DNA of 64,000 bases, taken from NCBI GenBank assembly GCA_964016885.1, contig OZ024756.1:19468001-19532000 (forward strand), given 5' to 3'. The notes under the pieces are model-generated. The model was not told the origin of the DNA, ran no database searches, and saw nothing but the letters and a program-made list of their open reading frames with translations. Below, in pieces: positions 53,191-64,000 of this stretch; position 1 is the first letter of the stretch; every line of letters begins with the position of its first letter. The stretch comes from Eledone cirrhosa (lineage: Eukaryota). A program made the translations under genes and the position numbers.

Positions 53191-53828
53191 CTAGAAAGAA
53201 AAAGACAATTAAAAACAAAAATAAAAAACAACAACAAAAACTAACCTAAACAAAATACAACTTTGGAGGAGGGGAAAATCGATTAACCCTTTAGCATTTA
53301 GACTGACCATATCCGGCCAGAATTCTCTCACCTCTTTCTATTCAAACCAGCCGTAACTGGCCGCTCATCCAACATTAATGTATTGTTCTCAAAATCTCAT
53401 AGATTTAATATTATGTAAGATAATTATGTGAGGTAAAGCCTTTACTGTGAAAATACAAAAGTAAATATAGAGTAATGTGAATGCACTGACCTCAGTGCAT
53501 TACTGATACTTTATATCATTAACCCCAAAGCTAACCATGGGTGATTTCAAGCAGACAGGTAACAAAATATCACACACACATTCACATCCTCATGATCATC
53601 ATTATCGTATTTACATCCAATTTTCAATGATGGTATGGGTTGGAAGGGACTTGTTTTAAGACAATATTTTACAGCCAGATTCTCTTCCTGACTCCAACCC
53701 ATTTGGTTGTTTCTTAGAACAAGCAGGGATATGGTGTACCTATTCTAAACCTACACATAGTTTTGTTTATATTGCAGTACAAACTCTAAAAAGGGGCTTA
53801 AAATACACTTAAAAGTTTGTGTAAGTGA

Positions 53829-53911
53829 AGATTCTGATATGTTTGTTGTATTCTCAATGAGACATGGGCCTCGACTGTCTCATTGAGAATACAACAAACA
53901 TATCAGAATCT
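53829..53911. repeat. Perfect 36-bp inverted repeat with an 11-nt loop
   Basis: agattctgatatgtttgttgtattctcaatgagaca-tgggcctcgac-exact reverse complement. Confidence 0.95.
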
Positions 53912-56224
53912 GCCAAGATTAGAAAGAAACGAAGAGAGTATGCTCTGGTGGATGCGTAATGATAATTGTTTCTACTTTAGGCACAAGGCCCTGCAATTAC
54001 TCAGTACATTACTGGTACTTTATTTTATCGACCCCGTAAGGATGAAAGGCAAAGTTAACCTCGGCGGGATTTGAACTCAGACTGTAAAGGGACGTAACTA
54101 AGCTAGAAAGCATGGCGTCCAACCCTCTACTGATACTGCCAATGATAATGGCCATGAATGATGCAGTATAATTAAATTGAGAGAAAAACTAGGCAAAAGA
54201 AGAATTGAATGAGGTGTGCAAGAAAGAAGATTGAGTTGGTATGAACATGTATATGGAAGATAAGAGATATATAGTGTAGAGAGATCTCAGTCAATGAAAG
54301 CTGTAGAAGAAGTAGACGAAGGAAAGGAGACAACAGATGTACAAACTGTAGAGAGATCTCAGTGGATGGGAGCTGTAGAAGAGATAGACCAAGCCAAAAA
54401 AATGGAACCTATTTGCAAGACATGGTCATATGACTTGTCTACCCTTGGAACATGACAACCCATCTAACCAATGCTAGCATGCAAAATAATCAGGTTTGGG
54501 GTGTGTCTAGTCAGGTGCTCCTCATTTCCTATATTCCTTGTATTTCATGCGGTGGGTCATGGCTGGATTGGGCTTGTATCTGTTTACCCTACCTTTATTG
54601 TGGGGTTACAAGAGAAGTAATTTCATAGATGTTGTTAAGCTGACAGTAAGACCAGATTGAGGTGGGCAGTACCACATCTGTAGGTTTTGTCAGATGGTAA
54701 CATTTTGTGTAAACCACAAACACAAGAGAGGTTGTCATGTCTTTCACAAAACTGAAGGGTCCTCTCGACCCTTTATTAGGCACATACCAAATAATAACTA
54801 GTTCCTACTTCCTAATCCTTATATAGTGAAATGAAATATCTTTGTGTGAAACCCCTCAAGAACCTGTCTTAGCTGTATATTTCATTACAGATCAGCTGCA
54901 AAAGGGTAGGGGACATTATCATCATCGTTTAACGTCCATTTTCCACACTAGCTGGGTTAGACGGGTTGTCCCATTAGAGGCATGTTAGATCAGGTGACCA
55001 TGTCTTGCTTATATAGAACTGTTTCTGGCTAGGTTTCTACGGCTGGATGCCCTTCCTAACGCCAACAATATTTTTTCTTTGTTTTATTTGTATGATCATG
55101 TCTGCTATTAACTACATTTAATTAACCTAATAACACCATTCTTATGTAACTAATTAGCAACCGAGCATATGCGACAATTTTTAGCACAAATAATTATATA
55201 TTAAAAAGCAGAGAGTTTTCTGCAATTCTGCTAATTTTGATAACCATCTCTCTACAAATAAAGATGCATTCATCATTTGTATAAACCAGCCTGTTTTTAG
55301 GGCATTCTCTGATAAAATATTACAGTAGAGGGTTTGACATAGAACATTTTCAAAAGGATGTTAAGAGTTATCATATACACTCAAAGATAAGCCAATCTGA
55401 ATATAAGATGACCCGACCCTTATTTTATGTCTGAGAAATAGGCAAAAATCCAACAAACCTTGTTTATAAACTGAGGCAGGCAATCAACACATCATGTTTG
55501 AGGGTGTAGTTTTAAAATTCATGAGTGGATAATATATTTATGAAGTTCTAACAGTTTGATATTTAAAATGTTTTAAGTGTCGTCCAGAGTATGGATTTTG
55601 TTTCATAACTCCATTACATAATGATTTTATTTTATTTTTTTACCAATTTCAGACTATTTTGGACACACACACACACAAAAAAAAAGAAATACAAATTTCA
55701 CTTTGAAAGTGAAACATATAATATTCACCCCTTCAAAGTAAAACTGGTGTAATATTTGTAATATTCACCTCAAAAGTAAAACCTATGTAATATTCACCTC
55801 CAAAATGAAACTAGTCTAATATTTACCTCCAAAGTGAAACCTTTGTAACATTCACTTCCAAAGTGAAAATATTTTAGCACCTCATTTACTTAGAATTTTG
55901 AAGTTGACAAAAATCAGCAAAATATTGGCCTTGAATATAAGCTGAGCCCTCATTTTACCATCAATTATTTTGTCACATATTTCTTGGTTTATATATGAGT
56001 ATATATGGTAAATATGCCATTTGGTTATGTCCCATACAAACCATATATATCCTGCAGCTGGAATATGTACCATACTTAAAAATATGGGTTGGCTTCAGAC
56101 CTTAAAATACTGACTCAAAAAGTCTCATCTAACCCATACCAGCCCGGAAAATCAGATGTAAAAGACTACGATGACAATGAATTAGATACACCTACTCAAA
56201 CTAGCCTGTAAAATTCTTTCTTAC

Positions 56225-56501
56225 CTAACAAATGTGTCCATATATTTCCTGTTTCAGTATGAATTCGAAAGATGGACTTGAAACAAGCTGCAAAAGAATT
56301 TGTGGGTGGTCTGTGTCCTTTCATAAGATACTCATTATCCTTTAGCCAATCAGGAAGTGAAGCATGGTGAGCAACCCGCCAGCCAGCCTCCCATACTTTA
56401 TGTACAAACTCCTCAGCGTGTTCCACTGCTGCTCGACTGGTAGTGGAAATAATCTCCACTTTTGACCGGTGTGGTAAAACATTTTCTTGTCCTTCATCGA
56501 T
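56225..56501 (-). CDS. ADIPOR: Adiponectin receptor (PAQR family), first visible coding exon
   Basis: ttttag|ATC...TTA G|gtaaga; 277 nt, phase 0 to 1. Encodes IDEGQENVL...VWEAGWRVAHHASLPDWLKDNEYLMKGHRPP...FKSIFRIHTETGNIWTHLL, the AdipoR N-terminal motif. The upstream start exon was not found. Confidence 0.95.
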
Positions 56502-56785
56502 CTAAAATGAAAAGATTGCAATTTTGAAAAAGAATTTACACACACAAAAAAAAAAAAAAGACCCCAACAACTACAAAGTATATCTATTTAAGAAAAAAAA
56601 AAGGGAAACAAATATACATGTATTTAAACAATTGTATTTTTAGGAAAGTTGAGTGACGTATGAATGTTTAATGAATGTTAGCTTAAAGTTAACTGATTCA
56701 ATGTAGGTTTTTGATTATGAAAAACAGCCTAAATTGGGCACATAAACCCCTAGAGACAGAAAAAAGTGGACAGCATTGCCGATCT

Positions 56786-57144
56786 CAGAGGTTCTCAAAG
56801 TGGACGTTATCGCCCCCCCCCCGGGGGGGGGGCGTTGAGGAGGTCCAGGGGCGCTGGGGCCTAAGGTGGTGGTGGTGGTGGGCAGTAGAGATGATATAAT
56901 AATATATTAAATATCAAATGATACATATTATATATATATATATATAGTAAAATAAAAATATATGATATTTATTTATACATAGTATATATTATATTATTTA
57001 TTATGTATAAAATAAAGCTTTTATTTATTATATATTATTTACAATTTGTATGTAGGCAGGTTTCTCTGGAAATAGGGTTGGGGGTGCTGAGAGTAATACG
57101 TTGACATGAGATGGGTAGTAGCCCAAAAAGTTTGAGAACCTCTG
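56786..57144. mobile_element. hAT (Charlie-like) MITE
   Basis: TIR cagaggttctcaaa / tttgagaacctctg; TSD gccgatct/gcctatct (7/8). Sits inside an older inverted-repeat element (~56700-57225). Confidence 0.8.
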
Positions 57145-57942
57145 GCCTATCTCACAGGTGACTTTCTTCATGTCTAGGGATCTATATGTCCAACTTGGAT
57201 TATTTTTTCAGAGTCAAAAATCTGCATTGGTACATGTATTAGTTTATGGAAAACAAACGTATTAATAAGATTTGAATTGGAAATTTAACAGTTAGAAAAA
57301 TCTGGATGTATTGCAAGACTTATTTCTTCATTTAATTATCATCATATTACTCACAGTCCTACCATAAAAGACATTTAGAACATTGTATTATCGGTGGTTC
57401 TGGTTTCAAAATAATTGTCACAAAATCTTTAACTCTTAACAACCTGTAATAATTTACCCCTTTAGCATTTAAATCAGCCATATCTAGCCAGAATTCTCTC
57501 AATTCTTATTGTTCTCAAAATAAATGATTTCAAAATTTCATAGCTTCAAAGCCTTTACCACAAAAATACAATAGTATATATACAGTAATGTAAATGCTAA
57601 AGGGTTAACAGAAATATTTAAAAACAGGTTTGTTAATGCAAATGTTTATAATATCTTTACTAGATGACAGATCTTCAAAATCATGTGAAAATATGCAGTA
57701 TGAGAATGAAGACTTTAATTTTCAATGTGATGGAGTTGTAGTATTATACTTTTCAATAATGTCTTGCTAATGCGGTTTCATGCGGTAGAGGACGTTAAGA
57801 GTTAATTTTAAGGAAAAATAATTCCTAACAGCTATAAATGATGTTTAAATGTATTTTGTCTGAGTACTTTATAACTTAGAAGATATGCAATTAGTATTTA
57901 GGAGAAAACATCTGATACCTCCCTCGACAGCAATACTAAGTA

Positions 57943-58303
57943 CAGTAAAATCTCACAGTACGAGTGCCCCATTGTACCAGTAATTTGCTGTACAAGCCGA
58001 GGCTCATGCAAACTTTCGTCTTGTAATACAAGTGGAAATCTGCAGTACAAGCGAGTGTCATACAATTAATAAAACTAGTGTACATATTTCTTTTGCATTC
58101 TCTTTTATTATGTTTTTATAATTGTAATTTTCCTTGTAACTACACCTTATCTGTTTTAAAACCCATAAAATATAATTTTGGGGGTGGCTTTTGTGGGGCT
58201 GGAACGGATTATTTATATTTTGATAAATTTCAATAGGGAAAATTGATTTGTAAAACGAGCCCTGTCTTGGAATGAATTAAACTCGTACAGCGAGTAATCA
58301 CTG
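57943..58303. mobile_element. pogo/Tigger-like MITE
   Basis: TA|cagtaaaatctcacagtacgagt ... actcgtacagcgagtaatcactg|TA. Confidence 0.65.
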
Positions 58304-60196
58304 TAGATATAAAATTGGTTAATGCCAGATAAACATATTTAAATAGTTTTACTGTGGAATTATGTAACTATGGAATGTTTGTTATGTTTGCCCTATATAA
58401 GTGATTGTGTGGAAGGAAAACTACTCTTGTACATAAATTAATACTTATGGCAATTTATGCTGTCTGACAATGTGATAAATTAATTTAATTTTATGTTAAG
58501 AGAGAGAGAGAAAGAGGAGAGATAGTAAAGGAAGACTAGAGAGAGTAGAGAGAATAAAGGGAGAGTAAAGAGAGAGGAGAGTAGAGAAAGAGAGAGGAGA
58601 GTAGAGAAAGAGAGTGGAGTGTAAAGAAGGAGTAGAGAGTGTGGAGAAAGAAAGGAAGGAGAGAGAGGATAAAGAAAGAAGATAAAGATGGAGAGAGAGA
58701 GAGGAGAGAGAGAGAGAGTGAAGAGAGAGAGAGAGGGGAGAGAGTGAAGAGAGAGAGAGAGGGGAGAGAGTGAAGAGAGAGAGAGAGGGGAGAGAGTGAA
58801 AAGAGGGAGAGAGAGAGAGGGGAGAGAAAGGAGAGAGATAGTGAAGAGCGTGAAGAGAGGGAGAGAGGGGAGAGAGAGTAGCGAGAGAGAGAGGAGAGAG
58901 AGAGGGATGAGAAAAAAGAGAGAATGGATGAGAAAATAACAGGTAGAAACAAGCATACAAAAATCAGAGTTACAGCTGAATAAAATTAGAGTTTTAGTTG
59001 TGTTATTTGTTGAGCATACATGACTTTATACTTTGTCATGACATGATGCTGAGTAGTGAAGTAAGAGAGTAAACAGAAAACTTTAAATCCAACTAATTCC
59101 ACTGTTTTCACAAAGACTGCCACTTAGAGAACAGAAACAAGTGTAAGGAGATTTAGTTAGTTTTTTTTTATGGTTTATGAGTTCACTAAAGGTGTAAAGT
59201 GTTCAACATCTCAAATCTGTCCCTTTCTCCTCACCAGTTGAGGCAGCCAGGCAAAAAAAAAAATAAATAAATAAAAAAAAATACCAGGTTGAATATATTA
59301 CTGCAGCTAACATAAATTACCAATTTACTTCCCCTAAATTTCACCTCTTTCAGTGGAAAGTTTGAAACCCATACTTATCAAAAACTGGCACATTACTCAA
59401 GAACCTAATTTTTCTTAAAGATTTATTCACATTTAGTTCATTTTCACATGGTACAGATTTAAATAATTTAAACAGAGCTGCAGTATCTAACAACAGAGCA
59501 GACAAGGGATGGGGTGGAGGGAGGAGTTGGCATATGTCTACGATTTTGAAGAAGCTCACTTGCTTCAAATTCTAGTTGTTTTATTCTGTTCTGTTACTTC
59601 TAGGTATATCACACACTACTACTACATCACCCACTTATTCCTGAGAGGGTTGTGTGTATGTGTGCATGAGGGATGGGGAGTGGGGGTCAGAGTCCTCAGA
59701 TACACCTTCCAGAAAGTCCTATCAGAAGCAACTGTCTCCAATTGATCTGGCTGGATGCCCCCAAGCGAAAGCAACCAATTCACATATCCCACTTACTATC
59801 ATATGTGTATTCATTTTGAATAAATAAATAGCAACTTCTCAGTTTTATTGCAGATTAGCATTATAACTAGTGGAAATCACAGCTCCAACCTTCATGTGAC
59901 TTTTGGCCCACTGTGCCTCTTCCACCAAGATGTAAATGGCCCTTATGAGTCCTTCAATTAAAGACCCCTGACTTAAGCCAGTTTTCATTTTTAACTCAAT
60001 TTAGTTTGTTACCAACTTGACAATCATAAGATCCCACTGGTTCCACTGCATGGAATCTTGGGTGAGAGTCTTTTACCATAACACCCGAGTCATCCCAGAC
60101 CTTGTAAATGAAATTGGATAAATAGAAATGGTTTGGAACCTCATTGCATGAACTGGTTTTGTCAAACAACCACACTGAATCATGCTGAGAACCATG

Positions 60197-61860
60197 CTCA
60201 GTGTACACATGTCAGTAGAGTATACTCAGATACTTACACATTCAGTGTACACGTGTCTGTAGACTATACTAAACTACTTACACATTCAGTGTATACATGT
60301 CAGTAGAGTATACTCAGTTACTTACACATTCAGTGTACACGTGTCTGTAGACTATACTAAACTACTTACACATTCAGTGTATACATGTCAGTAGAGTATA
60401 CTCAGATACTTACACATTCAGTGTACACGTGTCTGTAGACTATACTAAACTACTTACACATTCAGTGTATACATGTCAGTAGAGTATACTCAGTTACTTA
60501 CACATTCAGTGTACACGTGTCTGTAGACTATACTAAACTACTTACACATTCAGTGTATACATGTCAGTAGAGTATACTCAGATACTTACACATTCAGTGT
60601 ACACGTGTCTGTAGACTATACTAAACTACTTACACATTCAGTGTATACATGTCAGTAGAGTATACTCAGATACTTACACATTCAGTGTACACGTGTCTGT
60701 AGACTATACTAAACTACTTACACATTCAGTGTATACATGTCAGTAGAGTATACTCAGATACTTACACATTCAGTGTACACGTGTCTGTAGACTATACTAA
60801 ACTACTTACACATTCAGTGTATACATGTCAGTAGAGTATACTCAGATACTTACACATTCAGTGTACACGTGTCTGTAGACTATACTAAACTACTTACACA
60901 TTCAGTGTATACATGTCAGTAGAGTATACTCAGATACTTACACATTCAGTGTACACGTGTCTGTAGACTATACTAAACTACTTACACATTCAGTGTATAC
61001 ATGTCAGTAGAGTATACTCAGATACTTACACATTCAGTGTACACGTGTCTGTAGACTATACTAAACTACTTACACATTCAGTGTATACATGTCAGTAGAG
61101 TATACTCAGTTACTTACACATTCAGTGTACACGTGTCTGTAGACTATACTAAACTACTTACACATTCAGTGTATACATGTCAGTAGAGTATACTCAGATA
61201 CTTACACATTCAGTGTACACGTGTCTGTAGACTATACTAAACTACTTACACATTCAGTGTATACATGTCAGTAGAGTATACTCAGATACTTACACATTCA
61301 GTGTACACGTGTCTGTAGACTATACTAAACTACTTACACATTCAGTGTATACATGTCAGTAGAGTATACTCAGATACTTACACATTCAGTGTACACGTGT
61401 CTGTAGACTATACTAAACTACTTACACATTCAGTGTATACATGTCAGTAGAGTATACTCAGATACTTACACATTCAGTGTACACGTGTCTGTAGACTATA
61501 CTAAACTACTTACACATTCAGTGTATACATGTCAGTAGAGTATACTCAGATACTTACACATTCAGTGTACACGTGTCTGTAGACTATACTAAACTACTTA
61601 CACATTCAGTGTATACATGTCAGTAGAGTATACTCAGTTACTTACACATTCAGTGTACACGTGTCTGTAGACTATACTAAACTACTTACACATTCAGTGT
61701 ATACATGTCAGTAGAGTATACTCAGATACTTACACATTCAGTGTACACGTGTCTGTAGACTATACTAAACTACTTACACATTCAGTGTATACATGTCAGT
61801 AGAGTATACTCAGTTACTTACACATTCAGTGTACACATGTCTAAAGACTATACGCAGCTA
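60197..61860. repeat. 88-bp satellite (2 x 44-bp higher-order repeat), ~19 copies
   Basis: ttcagtgtacacgtgtctgtagactatactaaactacttacaca + ttcagtgtatacatgtcagtagagtatactcagatacttacaca; near-identical units. Confidence 0.97.
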
Positions 61861-62119
61861 TTTACGCATTAACTTACATGTTCGGTGTACACTTCTAGTA
61901 TACACTAATCTAGTATATACACAGCTACTTATACATTAACTTCACAAGTAAGTCATTCCTTAGACAGAACAACTGGAACAATGATTGACAGAAGCCAACA
62001 GAGGTGCTTTATTTACTAATTCTTAAATATAACAAGAACTTCTGCCCCCTCAACCCTTTAACATTTAAACCAGTCGTACCTGGCCAGAATTCTCTCACCT
62101 CTTTCTGTAGAAACCGGCC

Positions 62120-63050
62120 ATTTTTCCCTTCCCCATCTGAAAAGATGTAAAGATCAAGACCCATGACTATCCCTCGACAATTTCCCCTTCCTCATCTGTC
62201 TGTGAAAAGATGTAAAGATCAAGACCCATGACTATCCCTCGACAATTTTCCCTTCCCCATCTGTCTGTGAAAAGATGTAAAGATCAAGACATACTACTCT
62301 CCCTCGACAATTTTTCCTTCCCCATCTGTCTGTGAAAAGATGTAAAGATCAAGACATACTACTCTCCCTCGACAAATTTCCCCTTCCCCATCTGTCTGTG
62401 AAAAGATGTAAAGATCAAGACATACTACTCTCCCTCGACAATTTTTCCTTCCCCATCTGTCTGTGAAAAGATGTAAAGATCAAGACATACTACTCTCCCT
62501 CGACAAATTTCCCCTTCCCCATCTGTCTGTGAAAAGATGTAAAGATCAAGACCCATGACTATCCCTCGACAATTTTCCCTTCCCCATCTGTCTGTGAAAA
62601 GATGTAAAGATCAAGACATACTACTCTCCCTCGACAATTTTCCCTTCCCCATCTGTCTGTGAAAAGATGTAAAGATCAAGACATACTACTCTCCCTCGAC
62701 AATTTTCCCTTCCCCATCTGTCTGTGAAAAGATGTAAAGATCAAGACATACTACTCTCCCTCGACAATTTTCCCTTCCCCATCTGTCTGTGAAAAGATGT
62801 AAAGATCAAGACCCATGACTATCCCTCGACAATTTTCCCTTCCCCATCTGTCTGTGAAAAGATGTAAAGATCAAGACATACTACTCTCCCTCGACAATTT
62901 TCCCTTCCCCATCTGTCTGTGAAAAGATGTAAAGATCAAGACATACTACTCTCCCTCGACAATTTTTCCTTCCCCATCTGTCTGTGAAAAGATGTAAAGA
63001 TCAAGACCCATGACTATCCCTCGACAATTTTCCCTTCCCCATCTGTCTGT
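62120..63050. repeat. 65-bp minisatellite, ~14 copies
   Basis: ttttcccttccccatctgtctgtgaaaagatgtaaagatcaagac[atactactc|ccatgacta]tccctcgacaa. Confidence 0.95.
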
Positions 63051-64000
63051 GGAAAAATGCAATATTTAGCAACAGTGGCAGCAGCAGCAGCAGCATTCAA
63101 GTGATCAAAGATCATATTTTCTAGGAATGGTTCATTTAGCAAGACATTCTAAACATGACAAGCCCATGCAAAGATACTATGATAGTTGGATGATGTACCA
63201 TACTTTACCAAGGAGCCTTTAAATAAAAGCCCAACCCTACCTCAGTTATGATCTTAAAACCAGGATGTTATGTAAGAAATAATAAAAATAATAATAATAA
63301 TAATAAAAATAATAATAATAATGGTTTCTGATTTAGAAGCACAAGGCTAACAATTTTTGGGGAGGGGAAAGTTGATTAAATCAACTCCAGTGCAATACTG
63401 CTACTTTATTTTATCAACTCTGTAAGGAGGAAAGGCAAAATGGGATTTGAACTTGATTTTGGCATAGGTACAAGGCCAGTAATTTTGGGAAAGGGGAAAA
63501 AAAATTGATAAAATCGACACCCAATATTTACTGGTATTTTATTTTATTGACCCCAGAAGGATGAAAGGGTAGAAAGAAATGAAGTGAGTATGTTCAGCCC
63601 TTTGCCTTTTATCTTTTTAGGGTTGATAAAATATCAAACCAGTCAAGTACTCAACCTGTTGACTGCCACGTATATTTTACACAGCTACAGTTGTTGTGCA
63701 TTTTTTCTTCTTCAGTAAAATGACTATTGTTTTAAAAAAAAACATTTATCAACAACACATATCAGAATGATTGACAAACGTCACATCAATAAACTAGTAA
63801 CCTCATCTAGCTTTGAAGTTATGAACTGTTGGAAATGAGTTCATAGCATATTAGAATGAGTTATCTCGTCCGTGGCACTGGAATGCATACATTTTAGGAG
63901 AAGTTATCTCATCTACAGCACTGAAGAGGTTAATCAACTTACATCCCTCCTAACAAAATGGCTGACCATGTGCTTCAATTAAAAGACATTATTATTGTCA

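Noticed and set aside
62120-63050. CRISPR-like repeat/spacer appearance
   Set aside because: The variable part is 9 nt with only two states; no cas genes; eukaryotic context.
63943-63970. Possible AdipoR start exon MVSHFVRRD|gtaagt
   Set aside because: Phase-compatible but very short, with no recognisable homology; such matches arise by chance.

Overview
AT-rich, repeat-dense animal genomic DNA. The SINE/LINE/Penelope complement and (TA)n load suggest an octopod cephalopod (inference). Two spliced genes lie on the minus strand. (1) An adiponectin-receptor (PAQR) gene with five phase-consistent coding exons, 56501 to the stop at 48971; its N-terminal exon(s) were not located. (2) An LRRC74-like RI-type leucine-rich-repeat gene with seven solid and two tentative coding exons, about 33353 to 1049, continuing off the window start. 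The rest is transposon debris and tandem repeats: RTE LINE fragments and bipartite RTE derivatives, tRNA-derived SINEs, Penelope-like elements (PLE) forming long palindromes, a Helitron with a nested hAT MITE, hAT/pogo/piggyBac-like MITEs, and 48-, 88- and 65-bp satellites. Almost all long ORFs in the ORF track are repeat artefacts. The most notable signal is a set of minimal hammerhead-ribozyme motifs in PLE termini, several inside fold-back palindromes. No prokaryotic features or CRISPR.
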